NCBI GenBank assembly: GCA_051362555.1 | Contig: CM120649.1 | Coordinates: 5,580,001 to 5,644,000, forward strand | Length of the DNA: 64,000 nt | Source: Lingula anatina | Lineage: Eukaryota; Animalia; Brachiopoda | Reading direction: 5' to 3' | Shown: positions 39,001 to 52,200 of the stretch, piece after piece | Layout of the letters: each line of letters opens with the position of its first letter | Position numbering within the stretch: the stretch's first letter is position 1 | The notes under the pieces: model-generated | Told to the model about the DNA's origin: nothing | The model's database searches: none | Seen by the model: the letters and a program-made list of their open reading frames with translations, nothing else | Position numbers and translations under genes: made by a program

Positions 39001-40245
39001 TGGACATCTAAAAAAATTTTTAATCGGCCAATGACTTAAATACTCTACTGGTAGATCTGTGAAACTGAACTTGTAAACAGCAGTGGTTACAAATGCACTA
39101 AGGTACTGGTAGCAATTCTAGGAACAAATATCGGTGCATACGTGTTTCACATATGTTTTTAAATAGATTTCACCGAGAAAAACAAAAAATAATAAAAACA
39201 TTGATGTTTGAGGCTGAGGCTGTCATAGATGTAATTCTGTGGTTAAATTGTATTTTTCCTGTTACAGAACATATTTTAAAATTGAGGAACGAGTTCCTAT
39301 TGGCATTAGCATGTTTTAAATGCTCGAGCTCGATTCAGGGGCACTGACATAACTGGAATTGTGTGAACAAAACGAATAAAATTCCAAATTAATACATGTA
39401 CTGTAGCTACATTTTTGACTTCTTTAGGTGGCCTACCCGATGACTGGTCATTCCCACACTGCACGGCTGAATCATGGGAATGTGGGCAACCGCCCCGCAC
39501 TATGATTGGACGACACTGCATGACGTCATTGTCTTCTCCTTCACAGTCAATATTTGTCATTTGCCATTTTGTTGTACCTTCTCCGTATGGTTTTAATGAC
39601 ACTGCCTGTTGAACAAGAAAAAAGATGTAATTAACTTATAAATAAGGATCGGGTTTATTATGAAAGGGATTGTAGCCAATGCATGAAATTAATTATAACC
39701 ATACCAAACATACAAACAAAGCAGTAATACGAACGGAACACGGGAATAATGTAAAACTGCTGGTGCATGCATATTCCAATATGTTTAAATCATTATTCCA
39801 TTTACATATATATATATTGATCCAGTATTTGATTAACTTTTTGCTAACATAGCGTTATTGGGCTTTTATCAGAACCTAATTGTTATCCTTAACGGTGTAC
39901 TTCGGGTTTGGAAACTGCTTTAAAAAAGGCAATGATATACCAGATCTGAAGGCGATGTAATGACCGTAACCTTGTTTCGAAGTTCAAGGACATGTTTATG
40001 CTCTCACCTTTCCAAATTGATATCCAATCTGTCGACAGAGAACTCGAGCGTCCCTATAGTCGAAAGTTTCATCACAAACTGTTACCCACTTGCCGAGGTG
40101 TCTCACCTCAACTCGACCAGCATTGGCATCACCGCCTCCGAGACGTACCGGGTGGTCTGGAATAAGGAAAGTAACACCTTTTCAAACGAGTTATTACAAA
40201 ATAACACAGGCTTATAGACGCTTTTATGTTATCAGAATTCCTGTG

Positions 40246-40279
<34 letters not shown>

Positions 40280-43200
40280 CATATGTATATCCCATAGCCA
40301 AACTGACTGTATGGAGTAGCTACTCGTTAATGGCAGAATCCATAATTATTTAAAGCTCAAATAAACTACGTGATCGCAGTGTACAAACACTACACTGAAA
40401 AATAATGCTCTTAGAGGTAATACATTTTATAGGCATTACATATTTGTAGATTCATTTTAATCCCCTCTAAAAAAAAAACAAATTGAACTGGAAGGCTGGG
40501 TTTACCACTAAGCTCAAAACACACTACGTTGTAGTTATCAACTCTACTTACCGTCTCGGCAATTACCATCTTGAATGAGTATGTCATCCACGGCGATGTC
40601 GCTCCTGTATCCGTCACCGCGCACCGCTTCTATGACAACAGAATAAGCCCCGCTCTCTAATGTTATACTCCTCGGGTACCACAGATCGCCGAAATTACCC
40701 GAGACGCTGAATAATTTCGTCTCCAGCCCCGAGCTCGTGTCTTTTCGGTAAACATTGAGGGTGCCGATGTTGATTCCATTCATATTGAAGTAAAATTTCA
40801 GACATTTTGGAGATGCAGAAGATATTGCCTGGGTGATGATTCGGGCCTTGTTTCCTTCGGCGGCATTTGTACCGCTTGCTTCGAGGTAAATATAATGCCC
40901 TAGATTATGGAAATACAATAAGGTAATGAGAAATCGACGTTTTATATCCTTAGGGATGGTTGTTATATGTGTTCTCTATAGGTGCGGTAATAATAAGACA
41001 TGTTAAATGCGGTGTCTAGGTTTTGTGTTATTAATAGTGTTAACAAATTTTGTTTACGCGCAACTTGATAAAGGACTTCTTATCACTAATTTACCAACAA
41101 ATAGCCTTGAAGCGAATCTAAACAGACGAAAAGTAACAACAACAATGCGCATGCCCAGAACTAACCGCTACTGCTCCCAAACGTCACGTCCGTGGAAGGG
41201 CCGGTATCGGCTGAAGGAGTGAGACCAGCTTTTACTTTCCAGATAATTTGATTCGGGGCGTCCTGTGTGAAGCTGCACCAGCGGTTAGTCGGGCTCTCGA
41301 AGTCGCACAATGTTGCACCTGGTACTGTTTTATTTAACAAAAAGCAAAAGAAAAAAAAAACACTGATATTCTTTTTTTCAGTACTGCATGCCTTTGTGTG
41401 ATTCATGCAATGTTTATACTCTGTAAATTAACATCCTACTCCCCTCCCTCTCTCCCTCCCGCCCCCCCAATGAAAATATTTCGCAGAAATTCAATTAACT
41501 GTTCCTGCACAAAACAACCAAATTACAAGTTAGATCACTTAATCACAAATCCACCACTTGCCCATGTTAGATCTCCAAGAAACCATGCCTCCGTTTTCAA
41601 AGACACAAAACTAAATTGCAGGACATTATCTGAAAATGCAAATAATCTCTAAGATATTAAAGATATTTCTGATGAGTTCATTGGACCAGTGTGACGTGAG
41701 AGTCCCCCATGATAGACAGTCCAGTTCCCATTAATTTGCACAGGTAAGCTTCGCCATTGAGTTCAGGCCCGAAGCTGGGGGGTGGGGGGTGGGGGGGGGG
41801 CTCGGGGGGTTAGAAAGCACCGCTCCTTTTTGTCAGGAAAAGGTCCATTTTGGGTAAAATTTGATCTAGGTACACATAAGTTTCATTGAAAAAGAACCCC
41901 CTTTAAAATTAGCTGGCTACGGGCCTGGAGATAGACCCACCTACGACAGGCTAATTAATATAACCCTAACCTTTATAATTAAAAGTCGGTTGGACTCTCT
42001 GTTACGCGGACCCACACTTTCGTCACACCGGGAATTAAACTTGGGATATCTGACCAATACGTACTGGTGGGGGCAGTGGTATTATAACAGACCACGGAGG
42101 CATCCTCGCTGTGGTCGCAGTCCACGCTCTGGCCGCTAACGAAACCACAAAAGTTTACATCCGGCTCCAGTCCGTAACAGGACAGTTCGTCTAGGACTAT
42201 AGATCCGTTTCCAGGGCCGAAACTAGAAGTAGATATATAGAGAGAGAATGGTAAGGGACCTGGATATAAATGTAAAACAATTTGACTACATATGTAAAAT
42301 ATGATGCACCTGTATATGTATGTGTATGCTAATCTGCATGTATAAGCACTGCTGATACAAATTTGTTGGGGTTATATTCTGCATTCCATACGTAATTGTT
42401 TACTTGATTCTTGTTCATAAAATGGCTAAAAATTAATATAAACAAATATTGGGGACGACACGGACGGCGTTAATTCCCACTTACAAAGCTCCTCTCAAAG
42501 CCTTGCCCCTCACATAGCCAAGTCGCCTGCAAATTATTGTGGCGTCATTGTCGTCAAAATGGTCGTCGCAGATTGTTCCACGGACTCCATTATACACAAT
42601 CTCCACTCGTCCGCTCCCGGGCTGGCTGCCGCCCACTAAGTAGATATCGGTTGGTACTGGAATACAAAAATCGCACAATGCTAAAATGTCAATCTCGCGC
42701 AATATCGCGACATACCGAAGCAACAGGATTCTGTTTTGTTCCTCGAGGGGCTGGATCGATCTACGTTGACCGATGGTGTCTATGACGGGTGTTCACATGA
42801 ACCCACTAGCTGGATCGATCTAACTCTGCGGGGATTCTCGCTAAATCGCATGCAGTGTAAACGCCTGAAATGTCTTACGCTCCTACTCAAACTGCTGAAC
42901 GATAGTCAATAACCCACAAACAATTAAGCTGTTACAATGAAAGCACATTAGTGAGAAACCCCCACAAACTTAGATCAATTAAGCTAGTACGATGGGTTTA
43001 TAGGAACACAGGCTATGGGAATGGGGCCTTAGAACATACTTACCCACAGTTGACGTGCACCCCACCGTAGCCACTTGGTTGTGACGACACTTGAATGGCT
43101 CGGAAAACTCCCCTTTGCACATTGTTAACGACGTTTCTGACCCTGTGCAACGTATGTTTTGGTGAACACTGTAGACGAGACTCCCGACCAGCCTAATCTT

Positions 43201-46179
43201 ACCGGGTCGTCCGTATTGGTACCCCAGCTCCTTACAGGCAACCTACAATAAAAATGCCAAAAGGAAAAGAAAGAAAACCAATTAATAATGTAGTCTTTTA
43301 GCTGAAATTCTCTACTCAAGATACTAGAGAGATCCAATAGTTCCTCGGTCGCATTTGCTGAGATCGTCTACAATTTGTTTTACAAGGATTGCCAATTTGT
43401 GCCATTAATGAAGAACAAAAAAGAAGACCTTTATGTCAAATTCTACGACTGTGAAATATGTTGCGAAGCATCTAACATTATGGGACCAATTACATGTAAA
43501 AATAAGTATATATCCCAATCTAATCTCTGAAATGGCTGTATCACAAAATGTTGCGTGTTTTCAATGAAACAAGGATAAAAGCAACAAATCTAAGCCTTTT
43601 ACAAGTTGTACAAATAATTTGTTTTTGATTAATAAATGAAAGTAAGACTGACCACAGCGTCTCGATAGTCCCATCCCTCGAAACAAATAAAACGCCACTT
43701 TCCATTGGCTTCAACTCTCACTGCCGGGTCACTGTTAGCTATCTCGTACAGTCCTATGTGAGCGCCGTCTGTTGGAATATGAAAGGGTTGAAATTGATTC
43801 ATTTAATAATTTACATTTGGTCTAGACATTAACCAAGCTTGTCAATATTTTAAATTGATTCAAAAACCATAATATCTTTACAATAATGGTCAATTGTGCT
43901 AGTTGTATTTATTCGTTGTGTTGTGTTGTACTGTTCATTATGGATTTCCCAACATGCGTACAACGCTACCAAAGTAAATAATGTGCTTTAAAAAAGAGAT
44001 ATAATTTACATGTTTTTCTAATGCAGTAGTGTTTCTTTTTTCGTAGATTTAATTCCATCCTCTGTTAATAAAAAACAGTGCTCACAACTAAAGCAAAATT
44101 AGTAACACAATTTCATTGGTGACCGACATAGAAGATTGATGATAAATTCTTACACTTAAGATAGAGATATGCCAACAGAAAAGATCTGAAAACGTCTAGT
44201 AATGTACTAGTAGCACCTAGCAGATGAAAAGGAAAAAACCCATGAATTAACCTGTTGAATACACGTAAATGAAAAAGTGAAAACCAAGCGTCTGCCCAAA
44301 AAACGAACGTTATTATATCGCTACCATGACGTTTCACCCGTCGTTATTGTAACGAAAAAAAAAGCATTTTGAGTTTGCTGGGTGTATCCCTGTCTGGATT
44401 ACTCTACCTGTGTTTTTACATTGTCCTGCCTGTACAGTGATGTCGTCTAGGGCCATGTCACTCGTGAAACCCAAACCTATCTTCGCCCCAAACACAACAT
44501 GGTAGGTCCCCGCTGGCAGCTGGATCTCTGCGTGCTTCCATGTGTTACCTTTGAAGTCAGAAGTTATCATTTTCCTTTAACCAATTGGAGTTGGTAGTTA
44601 AGATAATACATGTAGATTCTTCCAGCAGCAGCGGAATCATATTTCAGATAGCTTTGTTGGGCGAATCTATTAGGCATATTGTTACTTTAAATGCAAAAGG
44701 CATTTATTGAAACTTTCCTGAATTGCCGTTGAAACAATAAACCTTTTCCCATTATATCAGGCTTCCTGCAAATTTGCTGCAAACTGCAATTCCTTCTTGC
44801 ACATTTGCAGCAAGTTTGCTTCAAATTAGAAGTAATACTATTTTCTTGCCAACTCATGCAAACTCGTTGCCGTAAACTTTTGGTTTGCAGCATAATTGCT
44901 ACAAACTTTTCAGCTTACTTAGGAAAATGATCAAATCAATTAAAAAGTGAAGATCTATATGATAAACATTAAAAGTTCTATAAAACAAATCTTTAAAAAA
45001 ATCGCTTAAAATTATGATTTCTCACCCTGCGGACCGCTTCGTTGCCAAAGAACCATCTCGTCGACCCCGCTTGTAGAACGCCGTATCACATTCAAGTGTC
45101 CGGTGTCGTAACCAAACATGTGATACCAAAAGGAAAGGCACGTGGGGGAGGATACGGTGTTGGCCGGGGAAATCAACTGCGCCTTCTTCTCATCATTTGC
45201 AGACGCTTCAACATAGATGTAATGCCCTGGGAAAACAAGAAAGGGACACATTTGTTTTAAATGAAATACATGTAGGATACATTTGTAAGCGCCCATTTAA
45301 AAAATATTTTAATAAATCTAAATGTGTTAGATATAAACTTGAAAGAAGCAGCAGCAATAATAGCCTAGATAATGATTTTCAATCAATACAGAGTAAATAC
45401 AATACTTTGTTCGAGGTTTATACATTAATTCACATGCTCATCCCATGCGATGGCTGGTAGCACACGGGTCAAAGCAAACGGTGTTTAAGTTGCACTGGAA
45501 ATGCCAATAATCCCTGGTGTTATACAGACCCTAAGGCTGCGTTCAGAACAGCGGACTAAGTAGTCCGCAGACCAAATACGGCGACCGACTAAAAAGCTTG
45601 CCGTCTAATCCGCTATTAGACACTGAACAGGTTCCCCGTGAGGAAGTATTCAAGTGGGTCGGCCATATTTGACCCGTGGACTAGTTAGTCAGCTGTTCTG
45701 AATGGACCCTAAGATTAAGTACACACAATGGACAATAGAAGTGTCACCCCTACTGAACCAATACTATGGGGGAGATAAATGACTGTGGAATGATATTTTC
45801 CTGGTATCATTTTATTAACATCAAATTTCACAAAAAAAAAAACCACACACACACACACACAAAATGTAGACCAGGTATTGTAACTACTCAAGATCTGCCT
45901 ACTTTGATTATTGATTACTTGATTATTATTTGATTACTCTGATTCAGGGGGTGACACTTCTATTGTCCATTGTGTGTTGGTAAATACCTTCTGCATTCTC
46001 ATATGTATGGTCGTTTATAGGACCAGACCGCAGGCGGCTATTGGTACTCCCGGAGTGTAACAACCACGTTATCTCGGAGGATTGGTTGTTGGTGTAGTTG
46101 CACAGGCCATTGTATTCGAAATCGCAGTCAAGGGAGGAGGCTAAATGAGTGTAATAGAAAAAGATGGTGAAGCGCGGTC

Positions 46180-46211
<32 letters not shown>

Positions 46212-49200
46212 GTTGTTTCTATTATTATTATAACAGGTGGGACTACCTAAGATCTATGATAAACTCTATGTAAATCTATGTAGATCTATGTAAATACACA
46301 TGCAAAAGAAAAGTCATAAAATATAATCGGTATAAAAATGGTAAGTGTCGTTCAAAAGATATAATAACCATTAAAGAAGCAAATCTTTACATCATCCGCG
46401 TCCAATCGTCTACTAACTCACAATATACCACAAGGGCACACTCGCTGCTTCTAATTGGATACCTCACAAACTGCATTATTATAATCTAATGTTTCCACAA
46501 TCTATTCACATAATAATGTTGTAAAAATATTGGGTACCTATTTCGGTGCCAAAACATTCTACTGAAGCCGTCTCGTCAGTGAAGCAGTCGTGGGTCCACT
46601 GAGAGTGTAGACAGTAGGACAGAGACGGTTCCTGTCCGGTACACTGTACGTAATCCAGCCAGAAACCTCGAGAGGCAATCCCGTGTCTTGATTGCCTATA
46701 CGCTCTTCCCTAAGTAAGTCATAGATCAAGATCAAGATATTTTAAGTCTCGCCCATAAAAAAAGAAATACAAGTTAAAAACAATAAAACATGGCAGTATA
46801 GAAATCCCTTACGCTAATCAACTCTAGCTCCGGATATTTCTACTAATAATCTGCTTACCTTAGCAGTAACGAAATCCCTTTCCTATAGATAACCACTAGA
46901 AATCAGGATTCCAACCTCTATCTCTATCTTGCTTCACAGTAATGGCGTCGCCCTTTGTTCTCAGTGCTCCTCGCTGTAACCCACTCCTTACAGCTATCGA
47001 GTTTCTCCAAAAACTGACACTCAGCCTCGACTCGGATCGAGGCCAAGACAAGCCACACACCGATGCCGGATCACTACACTCCTCCCCACTTTATCTGGAT
47101 TGGAGGTAGTCATTACAATCCAACACCAACAACACATTCTTACGATCCTTGTATCACTACTCGATCAGCCCATGCTGACCCAGCCAAGGACCGCCCACTC
47201 CATTCTCTCTACCAGATCCCTTGTCGCTTCTCGATCAGCCCAAGCTGACCAGCCAAGGAATCAATACACGGTACTCATCACTAGGAATACTCCTTCCCAG
47301 CATCTACTCCTGACCAGGTCGTACCTCTCCTGGCCAGCATTGTGGTGCACTGAAAATTGGGCCCCCACTAGTTCAAAAACAACCAGCGCCCATTCTCTTT
47401 TCAACACCACAAATCTTGACCTTAACCCTTCCCAGGGTCATGGCCCGGACGCACCAATCGACGTGTGCAATCCTCACACTTGTACTTCTTTATCGAGAGG
47501 GCGTCAGACGCAGTAATGTTTACACAGGACCCATGATACCATTCACTACAATAATCACACTGTATCATAAATCGGCCCTGCCATTTCTGCCTACAGCTAC
47601 AATACACCCTGTCATCCCCCTTGACTGTAGAGTCAACCACGGGATTTTTTCTCCATTGCTGGATCCACAGAGGTATCTCACTGTCTCGACAAGGTTTTAA
47701 CCTGTCATGATTGGCCACGAACACCGCATTTCTTACCTTCACCCGGTATAAATACGAGCTCAGCCTCTCCACGATGACTCCCGGACCCTTCCACGGGGGA
47801 CATAGTTTCTTACACTTCCCCCGGCCTCCGGCCGCATCCAGTATGTAAACTGAATCCCCGACCGCATAGGTTCGCTCCAAAATCCTCAGGTCGTAATCCC
47901 GCTTCATACGCTTAGAAGATACTTTGAGCTTACCTCGGGCAGTCTCGTGCGCCTTCTGTAGGTCGGCTTCTAACTCAGCCACATACCCCTCGGTACTACT
48001 CGGCTCTCTTCCCTTCTGTGGGAACATTATTCCAGCAGGAGTGTTGACTTCCCTGCCCAACATCAGCTTGTTAGCCGTAAAACCTGTCATCCTGTTGACC
48101 GATGACCTGAGAGCCCCGGCAATTTGCTGTAGATGAGAATCCCACTGGTTTTGAGATCTCTCTGTAAAGCAACGCACTGCGTCCATCAATGTCCGATTGT
48201 ACCTCTCAATCTGACCATTGGAAGATGGGCGATAGGGTGTCGTCCGTGCTTTATGGATCTCCAATATCCTACACACCTCAGTGAACAGCTTCGAATCAAA
48301 ATTTCTTCCTTGATCCGTGTATATTTCAAACGGTACCCCAAACCGTGAGAAAAACTGTTCGACTGCCGCCTGCGCTGTCTCCTCAGCAGACTGCGATGGA
48401 AGCGGGATGCACTCCACCCACTTGGTAAACTGGTCAACCATCATGAGTATGTACTCATTTCCCCTGGTGCTCTTCGGTAGAGGACCCAGAAAATCCAAGT
48501 GTACACGTTCCATAGGTTCTCCAGCCTGGAACTCGGTTAAAGCACCCCGGCCATGTCTTGCCGACTTTTTATTTTGATTGCAACTTGCGCAGCCTCGCAC
48601 AAAGTTATCCACATCTCGGCCTAACTTGTGCCAATAAAAACGTTCTCGAAGTCTCTCTTTAGTCCTAGAGACTCCCTGATGTCCTGCTGATGGTAAACAG
48701 TGGTGTAACTCGATTGCCTTAACTCGCAATCCATGTGGAAGCACTAACTTCTTATCGTCAGTCTTCGGATCTGACCAATACAGTACACCATCAATCATTA
48801 CAAACATCTCTCTATCCAGCCAATAAGACTTTAATTCCTTGCTCCCTCTGAATAGAGTAGACTGATTTGGAATAATGGCGTTGTCCACATACTCCCTGAT
48901 CAGATTCACATCGTGATCTGCTTTCTGTGCCGCTTTCACCTCTTCCACTGAATACCCCCAACTGCGCAGCCCTGAGGTACTCTTACTCTCAGCCTTCACA
49001 GTTGACCTCGACTCTGTTCTATTAGAGCCCACTGCAGCTGGTCTCGACTCTATATCCTTAGAGTCCACTTTAGTTGATCTCGACTCTACGCCAGTAGAGC
49101 CCACTTTAGTTGATCTCGACTCTACGCCAGTAGAGCCCACTTCTTTTGAACTCGACTCTACACCAGTAGAGCCCACTTCAGGCGTTCTTTTCATCTTTTT

Positions 49201-52200
49201 AGCCTGCTGACGAGTGGTGATCACATTAACTCGGACCGATTTCCCTGGGTCCCATGGGATATTCTCGATCACCTCTCTCAACATCTGGTACTCAGGCATG
49301 TCTTCCACCTTTTCATCAGGCGAGGTATCTACCACTGGCCCCAATACCTCCAGTTCTGAAAACTGCCTCACTGAGTCAACCATAACAGTGTTTACCGTCT
49401 TGCCACTGTTACTCTGTCGGTCACTTGAGGTTTCATCGCTTTCGACGCTCCTGGTACCCCCCTGGTTTTCCCCTCGGATCACCAATGGCACCACATCATC
49501 AACCTCCTCCTCAAACCTGGCCCAGTTTGAGTGAGCACGCTTACAATATTCACATCCTCCACAGGGTAGGTCTCCAAGGCGCACCCCTGTCCCAAACGTT
49601 AAACACTGCCCCGTGTGTCCAGCTCTTGACAGTGCATCCGCGTTTGCATGAAGTCGCCCTGCCCGATGTGATAGAACCATGTTGAACTGCGACAGCTCCT
49701 CTAACCATCGCGCCAACTGACCCTGCGGCTCCTTGAACCTCATTAACCAACGTAAGCTCGAATGGTCGGTTCTCACCATGAATGGCCTCCCCAGGAGATA
49801 GTGTCTATACTGCCTGGTGAAACGTACAACAGCAAGCAGCTCTTTACGTGTTGTACAATACCGCCTCTGCTCTTTCGTGAGGCCGTAGCTTCCGTAAGCT
49901 ACAACTTTTTCCTCGCCATCTTGTACCTGAAGCAGCTCTGCTCCAATGGCATACTCGCTCGCATCTGTGTCCAAAATATACTCGCCATCCTGCCTCGGAA
50001 TAGCCAACACTGGTGGTGAAGTTAATGCTTCCTTCAGTGATCTAAATGACACAGATTGCTCCTCACCCCACTGAAAATTGTTCTTACCAGTCATGGCATA
50101 TAGTGGAGCAGCGAGTTTGGAAAAGTCCTTGATAAACGTCCTGTGGTAGTTTGCTAGGCCCATAAATTTCTCGACATCCTTTCCACATGTTGGCATCGGC
50201 CAATCTCTGACCACCTGGATATCATGCTCCGACATGGCTAAGGTGTCCCCAGTCACTACTCGACCTAGAAACTCGATCTTTCTTTGGAAGAAAGAACACT
50301 TCTTCGGCTTTAACTTTAGCCCATACGCTCTAAACCTCATTAGAGCCTCACGCAGATTCTGCAGATGAATCTCGAAACTCGCACCCAGCACCACTATATC
50401 GTCCAGAAACGCCAGCACCGTCTTCCATGATAAACCTCGAAAGACCAAATTCATAATTCTGGCATAGGTAGCTGGTGCCCCACAAAGACCAAACGCCATG
50501 CGAATGTGTTCATACAATCCATACTTTGTTATGAACGCGGTCTTCTTTCTATCCTCCTCTCGAATGGGTACCTGCCAATAAGCTGAGTTTGCATCCAACT
50601 TACTAAAGAAAACGCTACCCGACAAGGTATCCAAACAATTGTCCACCAGTGGCAGTGGGAATACATCCTTAGTGGTAACTTCATTCAAAGCACGGTAGTC
50701 AATGCAGTAACGAACGCTACCATCTTTTTTACGAATTAACACCGGCGCTGACGCCCAATCCGATGTAGATTCTTGTATTACCCCTGCTTGGATCATTTTC
50801 TGCAGATGAGCCTCCTCCTCATTAGCAAAACACACTGGTGTACGCCGCATCCTCTGCTTGATCGGCCTCGCTTGCCCCGTGTCAATAGTATGTTCTAAGG
50901 CAGTAAAATTACCTAAGTCAAACTCACTTTGGGCAAACACATCTTGAAACTCGGTCAGTACTTGACCCAGTTGAGCTTGCTGGTCCTCGCTCAACTCTGT
51001 ACTCGATTCCTCGAACACCTTCTGTAAATGTGGAGGAACCCCTGGCCTTTCTTCACCCTCGCCTTCGGCTGGTCTCTCCTTAGGCCTCCGCGGTGCAGGA
51101 ATAGAGTAATTTACTCTCACCACATCCTCTTCAGTTTGACTCGATGTCGTACTAGACACCCTCGACTCAGTCGAAACTGAACCACATTGCACATGTTCGT
51201 CAAACGCTTGTCCAGACGTCACGACTTTTTCATAAGAAAAAGCCCTCCCAATTTCTGACCCCTTCCTTAGCAGCTTATACCTGTCACTTGGGTTAATCAG
51301 CACCATAATAGGGTCACTCCCCCTATTACGTATAACCCTTGGAACCAAGAAATTACACGCGCCCCTCTCCACTGGCTCTATGACATAATCATCGAGGTCC
51401 ATGTCCATTTTACATGCCACTCTGACTACAGAGTTAGGAGGAATTACCCGGCGCTCTGACACCATAACGCGTGCTACCTGGGGAACACCCTTCTCCAGGC
51501 AACAGTCCAACGTTAAACTCATGTCATCGAAGTGCAGAATCCCTCTTCCAACATCAATCATGGCTTGACCCCGATCTCTCAATATGTCGACTCCCAGCAA
51601 CATCTCTTCCTCCAAAGGAGCCACGTATACTGTTTCCGTATACCACTTGTGTCCAATTTTTAATTTTATCGGACCTGCGATAAAACCCGGCATAGCCATC
51701 TTCCGCCCTGCAGCCCACAACTGCACATCCTTTAATTTTCTCGGCGGATTTTTCAAGCTATTGTAGATACTGTCAGATAAAATGGTGACACGAGCACCGG
51801 TATCCACTAATGCCCTCACTGTTTTATCACCTACTCTGATTTTTAAAGAGTAGTCGGATACGGATCCAATCTGGTTCACATACACCACCTCTGGCTCAGG
51901 TGTCCTCTTTTCTGCTTCAGATCCTTTTTCTCGGGCCTTATCATCAGTTTCTTTGACGTCTGACCTAGCGTCATCTCGGATCGAGGATAGGCCCCCTACC
52001 TCGACCCCTTGGCGTTTCCCTGCTTCGCCCCTGAGACCTTATCTTGTCTCTTTTCCAAGGCATCTCCCCATCTTGGGCACTCACGGATAAAATGTCCCTT
52101 TTCCCGGCATTTAAAACAAGTCCCATCCATAGGTCTACTCTCAGACTTGGACCAATTTTCTGCCTTCGGCGACCCACTTTTCTCGATCGCCTTCTTTTTC

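Noticed and set aside
47063-47516. Possible env or antisense accessory ORF in the Gypsy 3' region
   Set aside because: Only about 340 bp lie between the pol stop and the LTR; the + strand ORFs show no signal peptide, TM or motif
51996-51998. gag TAG read-through as the route to pol
   Set aside because: pol is in the -1 frame, not in frame with gag
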